Assembly: GCA_964199315.1 (NCBI GenBank)
Contig: OZ116703.1
Coordinates: forward strand, 18,538,001 to 18,602,000
Reading direction: 5' to 3'
From: Orbicella franksi
Lineage: Eukaryota
Length of the DNA: 64,000 nucleotides
The notes beneath the pieces are model-generated. The model did not search any database, was not told where the DNA came from, and was given only the letters and a program-made list of their open reading frames with translations. A program made the position numbers and the translations under genes. Below, one piece after another: positions 12,901-25,514 of the stretch (position 1 is the stretch's first letter; each line of letters begins with the position of its first letter).

Positions 12901-13123
12901 CGTCTGAACTACAATGGGTAAAAACGTTCTCCTTAACTCATCTCACCTCTGGCAAATCACTCCGGCAAACAGGACAATAGGTTTCCTTTCCCAACACACG
13001 CATTCGAATACAACACTTGTGGCACACTGGATGGTCACATGCTCCAATGGCGAAATACTCGACGTCCTCGCAGCAAACAACACAAGTAACCACAGAATCT
13101 TTTCGAGCATGTTTAGAACTCAT
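9944..13123 (-). CDS. ZNF598: E3 ubiquitin-protein ligase ZNF598 (Hel2 ortholog), 3 coding exons, 661 aa
   Basis: Exons (minus): 13123-12947, 12418-11631, 10964-9944, joined by GT-AG introns of phase 0 and 2; total 1986 nt. N-terminal RING CVVCCE..CDHPVCHKCCIRMRVL..CPVCR, C2H2 array (CQLC..HMKREH; HPLCEFCD..HLRKDHFWCHFC; HFLCEEDDC..F..DLQAHRAAKH), C-terminal helical domain ERNQALV..FKALSGTFRQ. AATAAA on minus at 9770-9775. Confidence 0.93.
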
Positions 13124-13423
13124 ATTTCTCAAGAATAAAGCACAGTTCTAGCGACAGAATAAGCGTAAATCACGCAGTAAAGATACCGATTAAGATCCGG
13201 TTAAAATATGGCCGCTCGATCAAAGGCTGTGATGATGCGGATGTCCAAATATAGATATTGGCAATGATTGCATCACAACTCCGCCACCGGAAATACGTAA
13301 TATTTTGTTGCTTTGAGGAATCGTTACTACTGATCAGCGGATAAAGATAAAAAACTATTATGGTCTATTACTGCCCGGTCTCTTCTGAAAACAGTAGCAG
13401 TCACAGAGGACAAACCGGTGAAA
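13124..13423. promoter_or_regulatory. Bidirectional promoter/5'UTR region shared by ZNF598 and UQCRC2
   Basis: Divergent ATGs only 300 bp apart (13123 minus, 13424 plus). Contains ATTGCATCA (13267-13275), ETS-like CCGGAAAT (13287-13294) and a YY1-like AATATGGCCG (~13205). Confidence 0.7.
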
Positions 13424-16400
13424 ATGGTGCCTTTATGGAGGAGTGTGTCATCAGTTTCGAGGAGTTTAACCTGTAGAACCTTACCCGTGGTAAGTAAATA
13501 TCTTTTTTCCTTGTCTTGTCCTATTTTGTTTTAGAATTTAGGCCGAGAATAACTTTGACTCTCTCGGTTCCAATTCCCCTCTGTGATATTATTGCTTTAG
13601 TTCCATGCCAAAAATGGTCTTGATTTATTTGCAAAGTTCGAATTTCTGTTTAATTATGGCAGAAGAGGTTGTATGCGTATGCAGCTTCACCTCTAAGTGA
13701 GCCATTAGTGGATTTACAAGCTGAAACTGCGGAGGGAGTTGATCTATCTCCACAAAGTGTTCAGGTTTGTGAAACTAGGCACGATATATAATGCTTATTA
13801 TGAGCTTTGAGATGTAAGAGTTAGTACGATTGAAACCTCTTGCAAGGGTCTTGTATTGGGGAGAGCAAAGGTTCTTTTGTGAATTAAGAAGCAAGAAAAC
13901 AAAAATTAGGAAAGTGTCCATTATAAGGCTCTTCTCATGGGATTTCAGTCATCATTATCATTATAGTTGTTTTCTTATTTGTAAAGAGGTTGACAGTTTG
14001 ATGAATCCTTTAAATCAAGCATTTTCTGTGCATGTACATGTAAATTTCAGTCATGTATACTGGTTACAAAACCTTTGCTTGTTATTAAAGTAAAACACTT
14101 TTACAGGTTACTACATTAGAAAACGGTCTCAAGGTTGCCTCACTAGAGACTCATTCTCCTAAGAGTAGAGTGGGGTTATTTATCGATGCTGCCAGTCGTC
14201 ATGAAACACCAAACACACTGGGTATTAGCCATGTCTTGCGAAATGCTGCGTTTATGGTATGTGTCAAGTGTACTGTCTTCACCTACAGTAAATTTGTAAA
14301 GGAGTGCAATTAATTTTGCTACATGTGTAGATCTGCATTTCTCGAGAGTAAATGAGATGGTGTTGAAGATGGGCTAGCTGCAGGAGCCAAGTCACTTTTA
14401 TGCATGTTGATACTGCTTTGAGCTTAAAGTAGTTTTTTATACACTATAACTCTTAAGTTTGCTAAAATTAAACAGGTGAATATGTTTGTTGATACTTGCT
14501 CTCTTTCTTTCTTTCTTGGTATCTTTAGGGTAACTTGGACCATACAGGATTCAGAATTTCAAGAGAGCTAGAACATACTGGTGCAAGTTTAGAGTATGTG
14601 TGTTTAATTGTTTCTTGTTGACTATCTTACATCAAGTAGTCATCTGGGTACAGTTGGTTATTTTGCATGTCTGGCATTCACAAAAGTCTTACATGTTCAT
14701 ATTTAATCAAATTCAGTTTAGCGAGGGTACAGTACTATGAATGTTTCTTATTCTCATCCATATATTTACAGGGCAGCTTGCAACAGGGAGCATCTCATTT
14801 ATTCATCAGAGTGTCTTCGTAATGGCTTGTGAGTTTTGCATAGTAACAATGTATACTGTTAGATTACAATTAGTCCCACTTTCAGATAGTGAACTTAAAG
14901 GGTGAGTGAAGAGAAATGAGGATCAGTTGAAACTAACTGAAGAAGAAGAGGGAAAGAGGTTCTTTCTATGTTCCAGTTCTGAATGCCATCCATTTCTTCC
15001 CACTCTCCTTTTGGTACATTTTGCTTGTGTATGAAGTTGTTTCCTTGAAGTTATGGTTAGGTTAAGCACACACTTTCTTGAAGGGGTACATTAATTTTCA
15101 TGAAATGTTAATATTTTCACATTTTTTTCAGTAATAATTAACATAATCCAAAGTCAATTAATTATGTAAGCCATAATTCTAATATTATTCCTTTTGAGGT
15201 ATTACTATTGAGAATTTCGTAGTGGATCAATATATCAATATTACCCTAGTTGATTATTTTGCTCTATTCTTATCCTTTTTGTTGTCTTTATCTTTTTTTC
15301 AGAGCACTGGTGATTGACAACCTTGCTAATGTTGTAAACAAACCAGCCTTCCTGAGCTGGGAGGTGAGATTGTTGCAAAAATATTGTAACCAAACTTAGC
15401 CTCGTGTAGGGGAGGTTCTGTGACCTAATGGTTATTGTAACCACTGCCTTTCCAGGTGGAATGGGGTACAAGGGAACTGAAGATTCACTCAATCTGTGTT
15501 CATATGCATGCTGGTCTGTGTAGTAACTAGGGTCTGAAAAAGTTGTTGGCCTTTTTCAGTACTTCAGTTCAATTTTTTCACAAGGCACCTCGTTTAAAAT
15601 GATTGCATAAGGTAAATTTTGGTCGCTAAAATTAAAGTGCTTTCAATGTGAAACACATTAATTATGGGTATGTCACGGGTTAAAAAACATAATTATAATT
15701 ATTAATGAAATTGGTTCAAGGTACTCTTCTATGCAGTTGTTGTCATGCTTGTATTCAATATATTTTTTGTCAAATTGGCAGCCTATTTGAAAAAATTAAT
15801 TTAGTTTCAAAATTTTCTAACCCACTATAGTGACCAAAATGGTTGCACATTTGATCCCTGTTTCTTCCTCCTTTACCTGCCTTTCCATGTAAAAAATTTA
15901 CCTCCTTGAACTATTGCCTGTTCAATGATACTGGAATTCAAAACTATCATTTCAATATTTGAAATGTTTTACAGTTGTACTGTGTGTATCACAAATTCAC
16001 TTTGATTAATACTACTGTACATGCATAATATTAATTATAACATATCACAGATGTTTAGGAAATCAGGTTGGGTTGCCTTTTTTATATAATTAAGCAATTT
16101 TTTTATATATTATGTTTTCCTTTTCATTGTACCATAAGCTGAATGTAGAAAATTATTGTATTCATTATAATTACATGTATCTTTCAGCTTGAGGGTGCAA
16201 TGAATCGTGTGAAGTTAGATCTTGCAGTGAAAGACTCCCAACCACAAATAAGTATGTGCATCATTATCTGTTGTCAGTTACAGTAAATGGATTGTATAAT
16301 AATCCTGCACATTTGTTGTGTTTGAGAAATCTTGTCCTTTTTCCTCCTTTCCTGCTTGCAGTTTATGAAAATATTGTTGTTTTTCATTTCATTTTGTGTA

Positions 16401-19400
16401 GATGTTGTTGAAGAACTGCACAGAGTTGCCTTTAGGTTTGTTTGTTTGTTGTTATGATTGTGTTGAGATTATGTATGTGCACGCTCATCTGTAATCTTAG
16501 TGGAGAACTTTAATATTTCAGTTGGAAATTGCTGACCATGCAGCCCATCCATGGGTGTTTCCTTTAAGGGGGGGGGGGGGGGGTGAATGGTATCTGGCAG
16601 TCTTAGGCTTTGGAAATTTTCATCTCGTCTCAAAATCGTGGAAGCCTTTATGATGAGTCATCAAGTCTCATTTTGCTTCTTTTGTTTTTTTTTTTTTCAT
16701 TCGCTCTGATTGTAAAATCATTTAACTCTTCATCTTGGATTTTCAAACAAGGGAGTCAGCATTTTGGCAAGACTCAGATTTCACCATTTTAATGCCCCTC
16801 TTTGTCCTTATAATGTTCAGCCTCAAACACACCTTCCTTGAATGATGTTTTGAGAAAACAAAGGGCCTGTCAACTGTCTAGTGTTTGTGAGGCTCTGAAC
16901 CAAGTGGAATCCTTGCATTAATTCTTATTACTGTTTTACTTTGTTTCAATTTTAGGAGAACCCTTGGAAATTCCCTTTACTGTTTACCCCACAGAACTGG
17001 CAGTTTTACTACTGATGTGGTAAGAGCTTGTGTTGACTACTGTATATGATAAGCTAGTTACCATAGCAATGTATCGACTTGCACTATAAAATATCAAAGA
17101 AGTGCCAAGGGGCTTATTTGGTACGTGTACGTGGTTCAGTCAATAACATTTGAGAGCATAGCTGTCATTAAGGGCTGTAATCCAACAGATGCACCTGCTA
17201 TGACTGAGTATGACCAATAGGCCCTTGATGTTACAGGTGAACTTGCCCTTTGTTGATATGCATGTAATTCATCTAAAATGCATTATGGTATGAGTGTGAA
17301 GATCAAGGCGACAGCTTACTCAAAACCTACATGTACATGTAATAACAAACAGGGCTTTCATTAACATTTTCAGCAGGAGGGCAACTGGTTTTCACATGCA
17401 AGCAAAACTATTTGAACTGAACTTCTTTTTAAGAAAAACTAGCCACTAGATGGTCAAACCAGGTGGGTAAAATCATCCTCACAGCCGGTCAAATTGCCCA
17501 GTACCCAACCCTTAATGAAACCCCTGATGACAACACAGGAGAAGATTTCCATACAGTCACAACCAATGTAGTTTTCTATCTGAACAAAGGTTTCACTCAA
17601 GATCAATTAAAAGGTGTCAAAAATGCTAGCTGATATTAGGGAAGTTGTTGGAGCTGAAAAGAGAAAAGCCTAATTGTTGATTCACACTTGGCTGTAGAGT
17701 ATATAGTGTTTCAGTGCAAAATCAGAATAGGAAATGGGAAAGTCTTTGTGTGTCCATGACTCTTACCACATATTTTTGGTGAGTTGTACAGCTGTGCAGT
17801 CTTTCTGTTCTGTTGTGCCAGTTATTGGTGACACAACATTGTAAACAACAAAAGGACCAAAGCAACCATCTGTTGTTGAAAGTATATTTATTAGAAGAGA
17901 AGAAAGGAACTAACACTTATGATCTGTTGGCTGAAAATCTTTGATCAGTTGCCTGATAATGCCTGACCATTGCCTATTGCTTCACTGTCTATTGGCGCAT
18001 ACATGTAGAATTAAAAAAAATCTGTTAGATAGAGAGGTAAGTTACAAAGTGTTTTGTGAATTAACTCTTGCTCGTATTGTTGTTGTTTAGATGAAAGATT
18101 ATACCCAAAACTCTTACGTGGGGCAGCGTATGGCTCTTGTCGGAGTAGGTGAGTTTTAAAATACTGATCAAGTTCTATCAAGTGTGTATTGTGCTGTAAA
18201 TTGCTAAAACTTGACTACTCAGTGGGCTTTGAGCAGAATGTCAGTTGCAGCACAATTAAAATAGCTACTTTGCTTGTTACTGTTTCCAACTTTTGAATGT
18301 GTTAGCAGTTCTTTCCTTTGATGCTGTTTTTGCTATTTTACTCTGAAAATGGGATCAACAGAGGCCGTGTAAGCACAAGTGCGTTTTACTCAAGGATCAT
18401 GTTTTTTTCTACAATGTATTCTTTCTTGAACTCCTACTTATGTTTATATCTGTGGCTATTTCTATGTCTTTGTCTGAGACCCTAATGCTACCTGTACATG
18501 TACATGTACATGCTTGTGTTTAACCCATGGTCTGTTTCCAGTAAATTCAAATAAGAAGGTTGTTTGTTTTTGTAATGTTTATGACTGTCTATGCCTATCT
18601 CTATATAGTTCTGTATTTGTATGTCTGTGTCCATGTCTATATCTATGTAATATATCAAACAAGAGAGACAGTGTTTCATCGGGATATCCAAACACCAAGA
18701 AGAGAGTTGAAAATAGGACGTGCAGCAGAGTATTTTTGACGAAATTCGAGGTGTTTGGATAGCGGATAAAACACAGTCTCGAGAGTTTGATATATCTTCT
18801 TAATCAAAACAAAAACTAAAGAGTAAATGGAGAAGTAAAATCATCAAAATCTATGCGAATTAAGAGCGGGTATCCAAACTTCCTTCACGGTTGCAATTTC
18901 CTTTGTTTTAACTTGATGAATTATTAATGAGTTTGAGAAGTCTATGTCTATGTGTGTCTATGTCTGTCTTTGTCTATGTCTATGTCTATGTCTATGTCTA
19001 TCACAATGTGACCCAAGAATGCCACATGGCGATAACTGTGCTTGTGTGTAAGCTGTTTGTGAAAACTGAACTAAAAGGTTCTGTTTTTCTGGACAGGTGT
19101 TGATCACAGCCAGCTGGTAGACTTGGCCAAAGCAGCATTCTCCTTTCTGCCAAAGGGTGAAGCTGCTGCTAAAGAAGCTTCAAAGTACCATGGAGGTAAT
19201 GCATAGTCAATTTCTGTGAACTTATGGAGTAGAGATATTCCAGAGAAATACTATACATTTTAACTGTGCCTTCTACAAGATCCAATCCTGTGGTGGTGAT
19301 CTACCAACTGAGTTAGAATCCACTAATGAGTTTGATTTACATTGTATATCCACATAGTTTTCCCCCAGCATGTCTGAAAGGTTTCCCCAAGAACAGTTTT

Positions 19401-22400
19401 TGGGTGTACCAACAAATTAAAGTGTGGTTGTCAGTATCCACTTTTGTATCCCTGGATAGAGCTTTAAGTCACTGTTAGAGTGAAAGTTTCTATCCAAGAA
19501 GACACAAAAAGGTCTTTCGGTAGGTTAAAGTTTTCTACCTTAAAGTATTCAAGGCTAATTGGAGTCATTTTACAGAGACAATGTTGACAATTTTGATGAT
19601 CATGATTTTTCAGTTGTACATGCATGTATCTTATCTAGCTCCTTTTATTTCCTTGTTTATCTAAAGTTGGCAGATTTTTCGCTTATTGGCTGCTAATGAG
19701 AAAGCGATGATTCAAAACCATACTGACTTTTTTTGTAAAATCTTTTTTGAATGCAGGAGAGGTGATGAATTTTAGGGCTGGCCCTCTTGTTCATGCAGTT
19801 CTGGCAACAGAGGGAGCTAGGTAAGTAACTGTTTATGTCAGTTTCCCTGGCTTTTAGCCACTCACTGTGGAGAAAATTATTGTTTCTCTTTTGTTTTGGC
19901 AAATTTTGAAATTTTTCAATAAATATGACATTAAAACCACAGAAAACACACTTGGATGCTTAAAGTTTGCTATCAATTTTCTGGGTAAGCCTATTAGTAG
20001 ACCTCCTAGAATGATGAGGCATTCAGCACTTCTCTAATCCCAGCCATACAGCCTGCTGCATTCCCAAACATGATTTGTCCTAAATGTGGGCTGGTGCAAT
20101 AGTGTGGATTGTGAAAATACTACATGTAAGCCCATTGACTGGTGTTTGGGCGTAGATGTCCTCTGGGGTTCTGCGGTAGTTTTTGACAAAGCTTACGATT
20201 TTATTATTGACAAAAAAGGAGAAAAACGATAGGAAGAAAACAACAAACAAGCTTACCTCAGACCTATTGACTTTTTCAGCTTAGGAAGCAAAGATCTTCT
20301 TACATTCTCTGTTTATCAGGTGAGGATTAATTTGCTTGTTTGTACTATGATATCAAATCTTTGTAAGACGTAAAAACATACTTCCTTGCTCATCGCTTTT
20401 ACACATGGTTATCAGTCATTTGTGATATAAAGGATGTATGCAAAAAGGTTGTCACTGAAACTCTGTCATACAATATGAAAACATTGCTTGTCTCCAGGAA
20501 AAATGCCTCTCATTATTTGCATCAAGAAACTGAATCAGTTATCAGCTCAAAATTAATTAACTGTCACCACTTTGCCCATACTCCATAGTTACCTAACATA
20601 GCATGTTTCTTAATTGGAACCTAATCCCCCTGACAACAGGAGAGTTTTAACAGCAAAACATTGTAACTAAACCTCTCTTGAGCCCTAATCAACAGATAGT
20701 CAAAGTGCACCAAAATTAGTAACAGTGGTTTGTTTATTAATCTTGGTTTTAGTTGTGGTATTCTTACATAACATACTTGTAGTTTTCCATTGACTGAGCT
20801 TCATACACTGTAACTGGTTCACATAATTGATGCAATGTCTGTGTTCAGTTAGATCACAGAGTAGCAAGTCTTTAGAAGTCTTTCTTGCGCTATGTGCCAG
20901 AGCAATAATATCACTCTGAGTGAGTGAGGAAACTTATTAAAACACTCCTATTTTAATTTTAAAGAAGTTAGCAGAAAGAGGAACTGCCTTTTAAGATTGG
21001 AAAGCTGATGTTTATGGATTAAATTTATTGTTACCAATTTACAGAAACTTCTTGGTGCAACACCTTACATCAAGTGGGGAAGCAACATGGCATCAAACAG
21101 GTACCTGGTATATAGCTGTTTCAACAAAGGTTGTCCCACACAAGCGTAAAAGTGAGCGGGACAATGCGGATTGATATTATGGGTAGTAACAGTCTGATGT
21201 TCCTTGATTGAAGTTAACTGTGTTTCAGGAAGGAGAAGCATACATTTGTAAATACACATGTTTGTGGTGTTTCCTTCTGTAATGATAAAATGCCTTTAGC
21301 TTCAATCAAGCAATCTCTGGCCACCATTACCCATAGTACTTTTTGGCATTGTCACATGTGCTTTTACACTTTTGTAGGACAACCTTCCTTGAAACAGCTG
21401 TATGTAAAGTGTCATTCATGGTCACTGTTAAAGGAAATTGCTCATGTTAAGATGGCTCTACTTTGTTACATTGTTTATATAATTTGTGCATGAATTTGTC
21501 AAGTGTGTCCATTCTGATGAAAGCTATGGAGCTCTGGTGTTACTTGTTTCTTAACTATTTTTCAAATACCCTAATTTTATTATCTATATTTTCTGTAATT
21601 AGAAGGCAAGAGAGGATACAAATAAAGATTGTTGTTGTTGTAAGATACTTACATCAATTTTTTGGGTGAAAATTGAAAACTTTGACATTTTGAAATCAAG
21701 GATTTAAAGAAGAGAGACTTTATAGAGATGTCCCCCCCCCCCCCCCACACAAAAAGTAAAAACTGTGTGAAGTACTGATATCTATGTTCTCCCTAGCCAG
21801 CCAGTAGTTTTTGTATCAAAATTATTAGTGCTAATCTTTAATTTACAGATGTTCCTAATTCTATATTGTGCAGGTCCAGAAAATATCCATACTCCCCCCA
21901 CAGAAGGGATTGGAATTTCCTGGGGGGTGGGAGGTTCTGTGAGACCAAAAAATTTAAAGAAATGTGTGAAGCTTTATAGGAATTTCCAGAAGGGAGAGGG
22001 GGGGTCTTAGAAAAAATCCTTTCCGTGGGGGAGGTATGGATGTTTTCTGGAACTACACATTACTGATTTTTTTTTTTAAAGATCTATTCTTTATTATATT
22101 TTGCAAACTTTGCTGCTGTGAAACACTTCTAGGCTACATACTAATATAAATTATACCTCCAAGTAAAGATTATGATGTTTACAACTCAAAATATCTCACT
22201 TCACTGACGTTACAACATAAAACTTCAGTGGTTTGACTTTGTTGCTGACAGTGAAATTGTTCATTTTAATTTCCAGGCTATTTAAGGCTGCCGCTGAATC
22301 TGCTGATGGAGCCTTCTCAGTAAGTTCAGTGTCAGTTGTAACATTTTTATTAGCAAGAGTAAATGGAAAGACCAAATTTATTAGCCCGCTATGCAGACGG

Positions 22401-25400
22401 AAGTTCTAAGGCTTGTCACACAATCTTTCCTCTTAAGAAAAGTTGTGTGACAAACTACTGCTTTGGAGACAACACGTTTGCTCGGTAACAGTGTTTTTAT
22501 TTTGAATTTTAGGCATCAGCTTTTAATGCAAGCTATTCAGATGGTGGTCTTTTTGGATTTTATGTTGTTGCAGAACCTTCAAATGTAGCCAAGGTATTTG
22601 AACTCTCTTACTGATATGTGAATCTTAAATGCATTTGGCCCCAGTTGTTCAAGGATACATTTTGCGGTCCATCCAACGAATTACTACCCAGTGGATAGTG
22701 TGGGTTTTTCTTATCAACACATCCACTGGACAGCCATTTATGCGGTGAATAATGTTATCCACCCTTTAAAAAACTACGACCTGAAGTCTAAAGATAAACT
22801 GGAGACCAAATGGTGATTGTTGAAAAGCACCGTGGACATACAGGTTGCTTGACCTTCTTGAATGAAAAAAAATACACAGTGCCCAAATAAGTGAGTGTTG
22901 AAATCGGGATACAAACGCACTTAAATTGCAGTAAAAGTAAACGTTCACAATTCTCACGTCTAATAAAACTGTTGTAATTACAAAATGGTTACTTTGAACC
23001 TCGCATACTGTATGACCTCGATCGACAGCCCAATAATATCGGAAAACTTATAAGAGAAAAAGTTATTTATTGCTCCTACGAAAACTTCAATAAAAACGTA
23101 AAAACGGTTCTTGTCAAGGCCACCACAAAAACGTCTTGGTCTTCGTTCGCTTAGATTCTTTTGTCGTTTTGTTGATGGGAAATTTGGAATGGAAATACAG
23201 GTAATATCCATATCGTGGATTTCCACGATACACATTTAACCGATGCGTCAGCCTACAAGCCTCGAGACCTTTTGGAATGTTTACTCGCAAGTACTGTCAC
23301 AATTTCCGAAACTCGGGGTCTGCAACGTCCTCCTCCTCCTCCTCCTCGCCCCGCCCCCAAGCCCTACGCCTGTGGAGGGCATAGTGGCCTACTGTGCCCT
23401 GCCTCTAAACTGTTGTCTTTTCTTGATAAGACTTAAGTCAGCTGGAATGACTTGTGTGCATTTGTTACAAAAAGGTTACGAAAAGGTTGCAGATTGTTGT
23501 GGCTTCCTTCCAGTAGCTTTCATTAGCTTGCATAGTATTTATGCATTGTTATAATTATACAACGGATAGAACATATTGATTTCAGATTAATACCAGACTT
23601 GGAGATTTTTAGTACGGTGTGTTCCGTAAGCTTTACGACAGCATAATTTATAAATAATTATCTCCTGCAGGTAATGAAGTCTGTAGTTGGCCAGTTTTCC
23701 AAAGCTTCAAAGGGAGACATCTCTGATCAGGACATCACACGAGCAAAGTGAGTCTGCGTGGAAACAAATATCAGCAGAGAGCTATTGAAACTCTCCACGT
23801 GCACTGTGAAAGAGTGTCCTTTTAAAATGTTTTTGGGATTGGTTTTGCTGTGATGGTAGGCTTTCTGCCCTGGGGCCCGTTTATCGAAGGTCCCGAAAGG
23901 TTTTCGCACCGAAAAGCTGTAGCAAAATCTCAAACCTTATGATTACAGTAACAACAACAATAACTTTATTTACTTTTTTGTTTTCATATCAGTGAAATTT
24001 AAAGACAAAGAAAACAGTGTACTGTTTGAGTCTGGAGACTGAAGTAACCAAGGGTTTTCTAGTCAGCCTCCAGTTATTATGTTTCTATGGAGATTTAAGA
24101 GAAGAAAAGCTATTAAGAGAATGAGATATGTACATAAAATTGGAAAAAAGGAGCATATAGAAATATTACTTGTTTTCAGAATGTTGTTCAGACAGTAAAT
24201 AAAGTTTCAGATGTTTCGAGAAGTTGAAGGTATTGAGGTCTTTAAGATGAGTAGGGATATTGTCCCAGAGAATAGTCGCCGTATAAGCAATTGTTTGTTT
24301 ACCAGAATTGGTACGCACTTAGTAGTCTATAAACATTATTTACTGTGAGAACATCTCGTAAGTTTAGCAAGAGGAGTGTGTTTTCGGTCTGGTCACCAAA
24401 AGTTCTTGCAAAGAATATAAGCCTGATGGAATGATTTTGTTTAGATTTTGTTTTAGATTACAGAGCTGTTTTATTCCCATATTCTTAATATGAACAGAGG
24501 CTCTCTTCATAAACGAAGTTTCAGGCGTTTACATTTCTCTGTTTTTAGATACAGATTAATTAACTAAAAATGGCTTTGGGGGCCCGAAACTTTTCCGGGA
24601 CTTTCGAGAAACAGGCCCCTGGAATGAGATACTTACGCTGTTGTTAATTTTACCTTAGAAATCAGATGAAAGCGCATCTTCTTATGAACAGTGAAAGTCA
24701 GGATACGATGTTTGAAGACATTGGCTTTCAGGTGAGTTTTTTTACCTCTTGGAATGCAGTTGTGTCGTAAAGTGGCCTAAAAACCTAGCATTACAAAAGT
24801 ACCGTTTGAAGAAAAATCTTTAAAAAAAATGATAGGAAGTTGCAGTGGCACATTCCACGGAGAGACTCTTCGTCCACTCTTTCCAGATCGAATTGAAATT
24901 TAAAAATGTTAGCTTTTGTGGACGGAGAAAACCGGAGAACCCGGAGAACCCGGAGAAAAACCCTCGGAGCAAGGATGAGAACCAATAGCAAACTCAACTC
25001 ACTTATGACGCCGGGCCCAAGAGTCTTGGGCCCGACGCGAGTGCTCTAACCACTGCGCCACCGCGCGTGAGAGAAAAACCTCCGGTACCCAGGGTACCAT
25101 CCCTGCTGCCTAAACGAAAAGATATTGTTCACGTCGCTCTTTGATTTTTCTCATTAGATATCAACCAAGGGAAGTTACACATCACCTCTAGAAGCCGCCA
25201 CGGCTGTTGATTCTATTACCAAGACCGATGTCTTGACGGTAAGAAATACTTCATTTGAAATGAGATATTCCGCGTGTAAGAAGTTGTTACATGGGGAGAA
25301 CGTCCATTTTAAACAGCAACTTCGAAACTGTTAATTTAGAAAGTTTAAAGGAGGTAATTTACGAGTAAACTTTACAAATTTATTTAGTCTAAACTGAGTT

Positions 25401-25468
25401 TTCAAGGTCGTCTTTGGTAATCAGTCTCAGTCTTACCAATTTTAAGTATCCCTGCTTGGTTTTGTTTT

Positions 25469-25514
<46 letters not shown>

